Shown here in pieces: positions 18,170-26,157 of a stretch of 32,000 nt of DNA; position 1 is the stretch's first letter; the number at the start of each line of letters is the position of its first letter. This DNA comes from Candidatus Saganbacteria bacterium (lineage in GTDB: Bacteria; Margulisbacteria; WOR-1; JAKLHX01): positions 156,218-188,217 of the forward strand of contig JAPLKZ010000007.1 of NCBI GenBank assembly GCA_026387835.1, written 5' to 3'. Under the pieces are notes generated by a model. The model saw only the letters and a list, made by a program, of their open reading frames with translations, was not told where the DNA came from and made no database searches. The position numbers and the translations under genes are program-made.

Positions 18170-18894
18170 TAAAAATAACATCTCTGACAAAAACATTCGG
18201 TAATAAAAAAGTTCTTGACGATGTCAGCCTTGAGATACCCGACGGCCAGAAGCTGGCAGTTATAGGCCCGTCAGGCTGCGGCAAAAGCACTTTGCTCAGG
18301 TTGTTGATAGGTCTCACCGGACCGACAAGAGGATCAGTGAATATTAACGGCAAAGAGATAACCGTGATGAGCGAAGACAGGCTGATGAAGATCAGGGCCG
18401 GCATCGGCATGGTATTCCAAAGTTCGGCTCTGTTTGATTCGATGAGCGTGTACGAGAACATCGCTTTCGGGCTCAGACAGAACTCCGGGCTCCCCGAGGA
18501 CCTTATCAGAAAAAAAGTAGCGGAAAAACTTGAGATGGTAGAGCTCCCGCATATAGAAGGACTTATGCCCGGGGAACTGTCCGGCGGGATGCAGAAAAGG
18601 GTAAGCTTCGCGAGGGCGATCGCAAATGACCCTTCAATAATCCTTTATGATGAACCGACTACAGGGCTTGACCCCGTGACTTCCACTGTGATCGAGGACC
18701 TGATCAACAAACTGACAAGAGAGCTTAAAGCTACGGGTGTATTGGTGACCCATCAGTTGTCTACGATATTTAGGACAAGCGACAGGATAGTGATGATGAA
18801 CGAAAGTAAATTCATCGAGGCCGGGTCGGTAGAGCAGGCAATAAATTCATCTAACCCGATAGTAAAAAACTTCATTAAAGGAGGTCTTCCGTGA
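18166..18894 (+). CDS. mlaF: MlaF-type ABC transporter ATP-binding protein
   Basis: 242 aa. Walker A GPSGCGKST, signature LSGGMQKRVSFARAIA, Walker B ILYDEPTTGLDP. ATGA overlap with mlaE. Confidence 0.94.
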   Translation: MIKITSLTKTFGNKKVLDDVSLEIPDGQKLAVIGPSGCGKSTLLRLLIGLTGPTRGSVNINGKEITVMSEDRLMKIRAGIGMVFQSSALFDSMSVYENIAFGLRQNSGLPEDLIRKKVAEKLEMVELPHIEGLMPGELSGGMQKRVSFARAIANDPSIILYDEPTTGLDPVTSTVIEDLINKLTRELKATGVLVTHQLSTIFRTSDRIVMMNESKFIEAGSVEQAINSSNPIVKNFIKGGLP

Positions 18895-20006
18895 TGTCAA
18901 ATCAAATAAAAGTGGGGATAGTCGTCTCGATCGCTATTTTGCTTTTAGGGGCGATCGTGACATGGAAAAGCGCCATACTGATGCGTTTTACCGGCTATGA
19001 GATGATCGGTTCGTTTGAAAACATAGAGGGGCTTACGACCGGTTCGGAGATCAGGTACAGGGGTTTTAAGGTGGGTAAAGTGATGCGGATCGATCCGGGC
19101 ACTGAGGACATAAGGATCTATTGTAATATCGATAACAGCATCAAATTTCCGGCGGATTCGACCTTGCGCGTGGCATTTGACGGGCTTGTCGGGATGAAAT
19201 TCCTAGAGGTCAGGCCGGGACATTCTCAAGCGCTGTACAAGCCTTCACAGGTATTATACGGGCAGAAGACCTCAGGGATCGTTGATTTTGTCGATATGGG
19301 CACGCAGAACCTTATAGAAACAAAAAAAATCCTGATTTCGATAGCAAATATTGTCGAAAGGCCGGAAATACAACAATCATTCGTAAATGCCGTCTTTAAC
19401 ATCGAAAAAGCCACTGAAGAGATAAACCGTCTGACTAAGGAGCTGATCGTGCTGGCTAACTCGATCAACAATATCGTTGCGGACAAGAGTTTTCAAAATA
19501 ACGTGAAAGGCATCGCAAATTCAACGGACAAGACACTTTCATCCGCAAATAAATTCTTTGAAGGTGTCGGGAACATGCAGATAAAGCCGAGCGGTGATCT
19601 GCTGTTCGGAGGCCTGTCTAATCAGATAAAAGGAAACCTTGATTTTTCGACCGGAGGCGACACGCATGTTTTATTGGCAATGGGGGAGGGCGGGCCTACC
19701 AGAAATCTCTCGATGCTTGATGTGCAGGTCGCGAGCACCGTTGCAAAGAATCTGGGCTTAAGAATAGGAATGATCAATACTTATCTCGGCGGCGGTGTCG
19801 ATATGAGGTTCAATGACAGGTTCATGCTGAGCGGCGACATCTATGACTTCAACAATCCGAAACCTAATTATCCCAAGCTCAGACTTACAGGAGAATACAA
19901 GTTCGTGGATTATGTGAACCTCCTGTTCCAGGCGGATGATTTTCTTAACGGTCGCGCGAATGCCAATTATTCTCTGGGTGTGAGGATAAAGAGCAGCGTT
20001 GATTAA
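18894..20006 (+). CDS. mlaD: MlaD/MCE-domain protein with a beta-rich C-terminal extension
   Basis: N-terminal TM, MCE core GSFENIEGLTTGSEIRYRGFKVGKV...FDGLVGMKFLEV, coiled-coil middle, C-terminal region LGGGVDMRFNDRFMLSGDIYDFNNPKPNYPKLRLTGEYKF...ANYSLGVRIKSSVD. GGAGG RBS before the ATG at 18894. Confidence 0.88.
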   Translation: MSNQIKVGIVVSIAILLLGAIVTWKSAILMRFTGYEMIGSFENIEGLTTGSEIRYRGFKVGKVMRIDPGTEDIRIYCNIDNSIKFPADSTLRVAFDGLVGMKFLEVRPGHSQALYKPSQVLYGQKTSGIVDFVDMGTQNLIETKKILISIANIVERPEIQQSFVNAVFNIEKATEEINRLTKELIVLANSINNIVADKSFQNNVKGIANSTDKTLSSANKFFEGVGNMQIKPSGDLLFGGLSNQIKGNLDFSTGGDTHVLLAMGEGGPTRNLSMLDVQVASTVAKNLGLRIGMINTYLGGGVDMRFNDRFMLSGDIYDFNNPKPNYPKLRLTGEYKFVDYVNLLFQADDFLNGRANANYSLGVRIKSSVD

Positions 20007-20056
20007 TGTCAATTGAACAACTGCTTTACGGTCAATAACCAAGGTAAGATACTTAT

Positions 20057-21877
20057 ATGTCAGGACAAATGGATATAACAACAGGTTTACTCTATAAAGG
20101 CGACCAAAAATGGCTGGATTACTCATTGAGTGCTTACTCGGATTTCTGTAATAATTTTATAATATTGAACACATCTAATAAGAATTCCACGATCACAGCG
20201 CGAACGGCCAATAGCTGGCGACAAAAAGGATTAAATGTTTCATTAGTCTCAACAGCCGGCGTCAATAAAGAGCCAAAGGCATATCTTTATAAAATGGTGA
20301 AAAAAGAACGGACAAAATGGATGTTGTTCTTGAACGAAGGAGAGATACTAGGAGAGGAAGCAAAAGACCAGATGCCTGTGTTATTGGATGATAATTCTGC
20401 TCAGGGTTTCAGATTTTTTGTGAGGACATTATGGGATTCTAAAAAAGAGTTCAGGTGCGATAAGGGGTAGATAAGGACCAGAGCTGGGATATTCAGAGAT
20501 ACGATTGCGGGTAAGGAACAGGATGTTCTTACAGCCAGATTAATCAGGAATAACAGGCCTGATGAGGGGCTGGGAGATGCAGGGCAGTGTGAATTCGGGG
20601 GTTATATTCCGGCATACATTGATAAGATCTCTATTAAGAACGTATATATTAGATTAATAGAAGATATATTCGAAACAAATGCAAAAAGAGTCAGATTCGT
20701 TTCAAAGGTAAAACAATATGATAGAAAAGCAGCAAAAGAATATCAGCGCATGCTCAGGAACAATTCTAAAGAAAAGACTTTAGGGCTGATGATAGAGGAT
20801 GCAAAGACAGAAGCTACGGTATCGCTGTGCATGATTGTAAAAGATGAATATAAAGAGCTTGAAAAATGTCTTGAAAGTGCAAAGGGCATGTACGACGAAC
20901 TTGTGGTCGTATGGAATGGAAATGATCCGAAAACAATGGATGTTATGGAAGAAAATTGTGCCAAGGTGATTAAGTACAGATGGAAAGACGATTTTTCAGA
21001 TGCAAGAAATCTTTCATTAAAGAATGCTAGCTGTAAGCGGGTACTCTGGCTTGATGCCGACGATGTAGTATCGAAAGACTGCGGTGCCGATCTGAAAGAA
21101 TTTCTGAGATACTGTGAAAGTGCGGCACTCCATCTGCCGGTCGAGATGTCGGGCAATTCCGGACAAAAAGCCCATTCAATAAGGGTAATAAAAAATGGCT
21201 ACAAGGTAAAGTTTAAGAACAAAGTGCATGAAGTATTAAAATTCCCAAAAAGGTATCTCGTATCATATTTTCCACTGAAGATAATACATGAAGGCTATAC
21301 GGATAGCGTGGCGCTTGAAAATAAGGAGCAAAGGAATGAAAAAATACTAAAAAGGATGCTGAAAGACAAGCACGACAACAGCAACGCACTGTTTTATTTA
21401 GGGATGAATGAAACAAATATCAAATCAAGTACAAAATACATTAATAAATATTTAAAACTCAACAGGGGAACAAATGACCTTAAAGAGATGGCACTTACGA
21501 AACTAGCTGCAAATTATCTCAAGAACGGAGATCTTAAAAAAGCCATAAAGTTCGGGTATAAAGCTTTGGAATATAATAATCTGCTGGCAGCGGCATATAT
21601 CATTATCGGGAACGCTTTGGAGATGGAATATAAATACCATCAGGCGGTAACTATGTATGAAACGGCCAAAATATCAAAGCCAAATGAAACGGCAATGTTT
21701 CTGAGCGATGTAAATGATTATACGTATACCCCAAGGCTCAATCTCGGAAAATTGTATATTAAAATGGGGGATCTTGAAAAAGCAAAAGAAAATTTGACCG
21801 AAGCCTTGAAATACAGGCCTGGCGATGCCGAATGCACTCAGATCTTATCCAACAGATTGATTTTCCCTGCAAGTTAA
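20057..21877 (+). pseudogene. Tandem glycosyltransferase family 2-like / TPR protein interrupted by one in-frame TAG (20468-20470)
   Basis: ORFs 20057-20470 and 20750-21877 are in the same frame. Reading from 20471 to 20749 shows no stop, so only the TAG separates them. First part resembles a GT2 core (NNFIILNTSNKN..., WMLFLNEGEIL). Second part is GT2-like (VSLCMIVKDEYKELEKCLES...YDELVVVWNGNDPKT...WKDDFSDARNLSL...RVLWLDADDVV) followed by TPR repeats. Confidence 0.7.
20750..21877 (+). CDS. Glycosyltransferase family 2-like domain with C-terminal TPR repeats (intact 3' part; true start may be upstream)
   Basis: 375 aa from the ATG. SLCMIVKDE, WLDADDVV, TPR-like NLGKLYIKMGDLEKAKENLTEALKYRPGDAE. 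Confidence 0.75.
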   Translation: MLRNNSKEKTLGLMIEDAKTEATVSLCMIVKDEYKELEKCLESAKGMYDELVVVWNGNDPKTMDVMEENCAKVIKYRWKDDFSDARNLSLKNASCKRVLWLDADDVVSKDCGADLKEFLRYCESAALHLPVEMSGNSGQKAHSIRVIKNGYKVKFKNKVHEVLKFPKRYLVSYFPLKIIHEGYTDSVALENKEQRNEKILKRMLKDKHDNSNALFYLGMNETNIKSSTKYINKYLKLNRGTNDLKEMALTKLAANYLKNGDLKKAIKFGYKALEYNNLLAAAYIIIGNALEMEYKYHQAVTMYETAKISKPNETAMFLSDVNDYTYTPRLNLGKLYIKMGDLEKAKENLTEALKYRPGDAECTQILSNRLIFPAS

Positions 21878-21933
21878 AAGTTATTGATATCATTGATACA
21901 AATATGCATCAAATCGATAAATAACGTGCCTAT

Positions 21934-21958
21934 AAAAGCGTTTAAATATGGCTTTTTT
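21934..21958 (+). terminator. Weak candidate terminator after the glycosyltransferase/TPR gene
   Basis: AAAAGC (21934-21939) / GCTTTT (21951-21956) with an 11-nt loop, continuing into TT. Confidence 0.35.
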
Positions 21959-22007
21959 GAGTCATTTAGCCTCTATTTCGTCCTATTTCTGCATAATCTT
22001 TTAAAAA

Positions 22008-22165
22008 GGGCCTAAATCAGCCATGTTCTCCGCTGCCTGAGTATGGGCCGAAAGACCTGCAGCCATACATTATATAGATATCCACAAGGGCAAACCATAA
22101 GCGTCGCATAATATATCTTATGTCAAGTTATGGTAAGGGGGGTATGTGTATGGATTATTTGTGGA
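22008..22165 (+). ncRNA. Candidate structured leader RNA upstream of the EF-hand-like microprotein (unassigned)
   Basis: GGCC/TCAG (22009-22020) with CTGA/GGCC (22037-22049) enclosing a CCTAAA...TATGG pair resembling the 11-nt GAAA-tetraloop receptor; adjacent CGAAAG; TCCACAA (22081-22087) / TTGTGGA (22159-22165); ACCATAA (22094-22100) / TTATGGT (22128-22134). Confidence 0.3.
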
Positions 22166-22239
22166 ACCGTGTTTTTTATGATAATTATCAGTGCAAGTTA
22201 TTTGATAGTGGCAACGATAGATAATTGAGGAAAGAAAAA

Positions 22240-22437
22240 ATGACAACTGGTAACCTTGGAATATATATTGATATTAACAAAAATGGAACAGTCGATGCTG
22301 ATGAAAAAAAGTGGATGGATGATTATTTGCAGAATGAAGTGAAAGATATTAATGATAAGATGAAAAAACTCAATAAGAACCTTATTAATCAATTATCGGG
22401 AAATGATGAAGACGATCCGACATCCTCTGTTGCATAA
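22240..22437 (+). CDS. 65-aa protein with a canonical EF-hand/dockerin-like calcium loop
   Basis: MTTGNLGIYIDINKNGTVDADEKKWMDDYL... Loop DINKNGTVDADE matches DxNxNGxVxxxE. RBS GAGGAAAG (22227-22234) favours ATG 22240 over the TTG at 22225. Confidence 0.65.
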   Translation: MTTGNLGIYIDINKNGTVDADEKKWMDDYLQNEVKDINDKMKKLNKNLINQLSGNDEDDPTSSVA

Positions 22438-22476
22438 ACCTGTCTTGCTCCTTGATCTAGAACAGGGTTTATTTTT
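22436..22476 (+). terminator. Candidate rho-independent terminator after the microprotein
   Basis: AAACCTGT (22436-22443) / ACAGGGTTT (22462-22470), one bulged G, followed by ATTTTT. Confidence 0.55.
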
Positions 22477-22523
22477 CCTCCTACCCTATCAAGATAATTA
22501 AAACCGATAGTAGTATTACCAGA

Positions 22524-23210
22524 TCAGGAATTAAGTATCGATCTGAATATATACACGCCATCCTCGCAGCCGAGGACCTTTTCCGTCACCCTTTCCGGGT
22601 GAGGCATCATACCCAGAACATTGCGAGCTTCATTGCAGATACCGGCTATATTGTTCATTGAACCATTGGGATTATATTTTGCTGACACTGAACCGGACGG
22701 GCTGCAGTAGCGGAACACTACCTGCCCTTTCTTTTCGATCTTAGCAAGGGTCTCTTTATCGGCAGTATAATTGCCGTCAAAATGGGCTATCGGTACCGTC
22801 AGGACCTGTCCTTTTTTACATTTATTAGTGAAGGGTGTCTTGGCGTTCTCGACACGGATACTGACGTTCTTGCAGAGGAACTTGAGGTGCCTGTTCTTCT
22901 GGAGCGCTCCCGGCAAAAGTCCGGCCTCGGTAAGTATCTGGAACCCGTTGCATATCCCGAGCACCAGCCCCCTGTCCTTCTTTACATATTCTATTATGGA
23001 GTTCATCACCGGCGAGAACCTGGCTATTGCGCCTGACCTGAGGTAATCCCCGTAGGAAAACCCGCCCGGGACGATTATAAGGTCATAGCCTTTTATGCTG
23101 CTTTCCTCATGCCACACGAGGTCTGTCTTGGCGTTAAGGACCTTCTTCGCGACATGGTAGCAGTCCCAATCGCAGTTGCTTCCTGGGAACACTATTACGG
23201 CTGCCTTCAT
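22524..23210 (-). CDS. purQ: Phosphoribosylformylglycinamidine synthase subunit PurQ
   Basis: 228 aa. [59 protein letters not shown]. Confidence 0.95.
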   Translation of the reverse strand: MKAAVIVFPGSNCDWDCYHVAKKVLNAKTDLVWHEESSIKGYDLIIVPGGFSYGDYLRSGAIARFSPVMNSIIEYVKKDRGLVLGICNGFQILTEAGLLPGALQKNRHLKFLCKNVSIRVENAKTPFTNKCKKGQVLTVPIAHFDGNYTADKETLAKIEKKGQVVFRYCSPSGSVSAKYNPNGSMNNIAGICNEARNVLGMMPHPERVTEKVLGCEDGVYIFRSILNS

Positions 23211-23211
23211 C

Positions 23212-23460
23212 CTAGATTTCCTCGATCTCGAAGGTGTATTGTTCGACCACGGGGTTTGCCAGGAGTTTCTTGCACATCTCGCTCACCTGGTGCCTTGTGT
23301 CTTCTATGCTTTTAGCGTCTATCTTTATATCTATCAGTTTACCGATCTTAACCTCGGACACGCTAGTGTATTTGAGCGCGTGAAGGGCGTCCTTTATCGT
23401 CTTGCCCTGCGGATCAAGTATCCCTTTCTTGTGCCTCACAAAAACTTTTACCAGATACAT
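23212..23460 (-). CDS. purS: Phosphoribosylformylglycinamidine synthase subunit PurS
   Basis: 82 aa. [38 protein letters not shown]-terminal [17 protein letters not shown]. Confidence 0.93.
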   Translation of the reverse strand: MYLVKVFVRHKKGILDPQGKTIKDALHALKYTSVSEVKIGKLIDIKIDAKSIEDTRHQVSEMCKKLLANPVVEQYTFEIEEI

Positions 23461-23663
23461 CCTTTTCTCCTTCTTGTCAAATATATTTTAAGAGCTAAAA
23501 ACCGGTGTTCCGATATGGGTGACGATTAAGCCTTATTCATCACCCCTTTGGTCACTTTGAACCTTTCAGCCCTTCCTCTTAAGCCTTTTAAAACCGTTTA
23601 AATACACTGCAAGGCATAGATATCATAATCGGCGCTATATATGGTGCCCCCATATCTGGAGTG

Positions 23664-24956
23664 TCACAGGCCGAATCTCTTGTAGACGGCATAAAGATTC
23701 CTGGTGAAATAGTTCAGGTCGAACAGACCTTCGATCTTGTCTTTTGGTATATGTTTTTGGAGCTCGCTGTCCTGCATGCAGACATCCTTCATTGGCCTGC
23801 CTTTTGACCTGGCTTCCATGGCGCATGCCTGGACGATTTTGTACGCATCTTCCCGGGTCAGGCCGCTGTCTACAAGGGTCAACAGGATCCTTTGTGAAAA
23901 GACGATCCCTCCGGACCTTTCAATATTGGCGAGCATGTTCTCGGGATGCACGACAAGCCCGTCCATCAAAGAGGTGAACTTGTTCAGCATGTAGTCGATA
24001 AGGATATTCGAGTCGGGGATGATGATCCTTTCCCCTGCCGAGTTGGAAAGGTCCCTTTCGTGCCACAGGGGAATATTTTCCATTGCAGCCAGGCAGTTAC
24101 CCCTGATCACCCTTGCAAGGCTTGTTATGCGTTCGGATATTATAGGGTTCTTTTTATGAGGCATTGCGGACGAACCCTTCTGTCCCTTTTTAAACGGCTC
24201 CTCTACCTCAAGTATCTCGGTCCTTGAAAGGTTCCTTATCTCGGTCGCGAACTTTTCCAATGAGCCGGCGATCAAGGCGAGGGTCGCCATGTACTCCGCT
24301 ATCCTGTCCCTCTGGAGCACCTGGGTAGAGGCGGGAGAGGGCTTAAGTCCCAGTTTGTTGCATACCATCTCCTCTATCTTCGGTTCAAGGTTGGCATAAG
24401 ACCCCACGGCGCCGGATATCTTGCCGACGTTTACTGACTCCTTTGCCTTTTTCATCCTTTCAAGGTTACGTTCCATCTCAGCTATCCATACGCAGAGTTT
24501 GAAAGCAAAAGTTATTGGCTCGGCATGGACCCCGTGTGTCCTGCCCATCATCATCGTGCCCTTGTTCTCTCCAGCCCGTTTTTTTAGTGCCACTATAGTC
24601 TTTTCAATATCCTCTATGATGATGTCAGAGGAAGCTTTTAATCGCAGGGAAAGCGCCGTATCTTCCACGTCATAAGAGGTCAGTCCTATGTGGATATAGC
24701 GGGAGTCCTCCCCCACTTTTTCGGCGACGCACGTGGTGAAAGCGATCAGGTCGTGGTCGACTATCTTCTCGATCTCATTTATCCGCTCGATCGAAAAAGA
24801 TGCATTTTTCCTGATATTTTCGAGGGACTTGCCGGGGATCTTGCCGAGCTCAGACCAGACCTCGCATACGGCCAACTCAACGTCAAGCCAGCTCTGGAAC
24901 TTGGCCTGCTCGTTCCATATGGCCCCCATTTTTGGAAGAGTGTATCGGTCGATCAT
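23664..24956 (-). CDS. purB: Adenylosuccinate lyase
   Basis: 430 aa. MIDRYTLPKMGAIW, RTHGVHAEPITFAFK, signature GSSAMPHKKNPIISERI. Confidence 0.96.
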   Translation of the reverse strand: MIDRYTLPKMGAIWNEQAKFQSWLDVELAVCEVWSELGKIPGKSLENIRKNASFSIERINEIEKIVDHDLIAFTTCVAEKVGEDSRYIHIGLTSYDVEDTALSLRLKASSDIIIEDIEKTIVALKKRAGENKGTMMMGRTHGVHAEPITFAFKLCVWIAEMERNLERMKKAKESVNVGKISGAVGSYANLEPKIEEMVCNKLGLKPSPASTQVLQRDRIAEYMATLALIAGSLEKFATEIRNLSRTEILEVEEPFKKGQKGSSAMPHKKNPIISERITSLARVIRGNCLAAMENIPLWHERDLSNSAGERIIIPDSNILIDYMLNKFTSLMDGLVVHPENMLANIERSGGIVFSQRILLTLVDSGLTREDAYKIVQACAMEARSKGRPMKDVCMQDSELQKHIPKDKIEGLFDLNYFTRNLYAVYKRFGL

Positions 24957-24976
24957 TACTTTCTCCTTGCAGGATA

Positions 24977-24985
24977 ATTATAACA
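24977..24985 (-). promoter_or_regulatory. Extended -10 promoter for purB
   Basis: Minus strand reads TGTTATAAT, followed by AAGGAG (24963-24968) and ATG at 24956. Confidence 0.5.
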
Positions 24986-25038
24986 TATGGCTGAAATCTG
25001 ATGATTATTATTTCGATAATAAAATAGAGGGTCCTTCA

Positions 25039-26157
25039 ATGAATAGATATGAATTAAGAAACCCAACAGGGCATAATATAGTATTGCCCCAGCATTTTAA
25101 TCCCGGAGCAAGTGTCCGTCTGTCGATGTTGATCTCAGATATTGACCGCACAGCAATCAGCACAGGAATATCAAGGATACAGGGTTCCAACCGTGTTCAA
25201 TTAGTAAGAAGCCTGCTTATGGGTAAAGATGTTCATCTTATCAGCGGCAGCCCTTACCACCCTCAATATGCAGGGCTTGATTTTTCAAGGGAATCTATTC
25301 AAAGAAGGGTCGCTGAACCGGTCTTCAATAGTCTTCAAAGACTTAGGTCCATTGAAATGATGCCGCATCTCAAAATACATTATATTTCCGGGAAAGGGAA
25401 AGTGACTTTTACCGGGTCCGGAACAGAGCAAATGACCGAAGATAAAGAAAATCTTATTCCAGATGATATTAACTTCAAGATCGCGGTTGCTTTAGCGGGC
25501 GGGTTCTGTGCAAGGGTTAAGGGAATATGCTTGAATGGGTTCATGAGAGGTGATCTTAAAAGGTCTTTGGATTCTTCAGTTGATTTAAAAGCAATTGAAG
25601 CTGTTGTCAGGAAGGCTACTGGGATCGAAGCTGTGAGGTTCTGGCCCTTTGGAAGCGAATTGGCATTAATTTTCCATAGCCCAAAAGCTCCGAACGGTGA
25701 TGGTGTTGATAAATTTGCGAGATCAGTATTAGAGGCGGAAGGCATTATACTCCCTGAGGATAATTACTCTTTTTCAGGCGGAGGCGCTTATGCCAAAGTT
25801 GCCAGGATTAAAAAGAGAGATGTTATTGAAAAAGAACTGGCCGCCTTGAATCCAAACGGTGCTGTCCTTGGGCTTGGCGATTCAAATGCGGATGATTTCC
25901 TGCTTTTAGACCCGGATAGTTTTTTATTCTTCCCGGTCTATTTAGGGGCCGAAAAGGATATGGAACAGCATCCCCAGATATTAACTGCCTTGGACCGTTT
26001 TGGAAAAGACAGGATGGAGGCAAGAGGATTCGGCCGCACAGTCAAAACCTTCCTCGACGCCGAAGAGGCCGGTAAAACATACTATGACCTGCCGATCTTT
26101 TTAAAAGGCCAATCAATAAATCAACTTATCCAAATGGGGTTCAGGCTTCAAAACTAA
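25039..26157 (+). CDS. HAD-superfamily-like phosphatase, divergent
   Basis: 372 aa from ATG 25039 (GAGG RBS upstream). Motif I ISDIDRTAI, motif II-like LISGSP, motif IV VLGLGDSNADDFLLL. The longer ORF start at 24733 runs antisense through purB and is unlikely. Confidence 0.6.
   Translation: MNRYELRNPTGHNIVLPQHFNPGASVRLSMLISDIDRTAISTGISRIQGSNRVQLVRSLLMGKDVHLISGSPYHPQYAGLDFSRESIQRRVAEPVFNSLQRLRSIEMMPHLKIHYISGKGKVTFTGSGTEQMTEDKENLIPDDINFKIAVALAGGFCARVKGICLNGFMRGDLKRSLDSSVDLKAIEAVVRKATGIEAVRFWPFGSELALIFHSPKAPNGDGVDKFARSVLEAEGIILPEDNYSFSGGGAYAKVARIKKRDVIEKELAALNPNGAVLGLGDSNADDFLLLDPDSFLFFPVYLGAEKDMEQHPQILTALDRFGKDRMEARGFGRTVKTFLDAEEAGKTYYDLPIFLKGQSINQLIQMGFRLQN

Noticed and set aside
22008-22165. 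Direct assignment as a GEMM-I / c-di-GMP riboswitch
   Set aside because: GGGCAAACC and a receptor-like motif are present, but the element order and the GACGCAAAGCC part do not match the consensus as I know it. Kept only as an unassigned structured candidate.
22225-22239. TTG start for the EF-hand microprotein
   Set aside because: The GAGGAAAG RBS overlaps this codon and is correctly spaced for the ATG at 22240.
24733-25038. N-terminal 102 codons of the ORF called 24733-26157
   Set aside because: This part is antisense to purB. An RBS (GAGG) and ATG at 25039 give a better start for the HAD-like protein.
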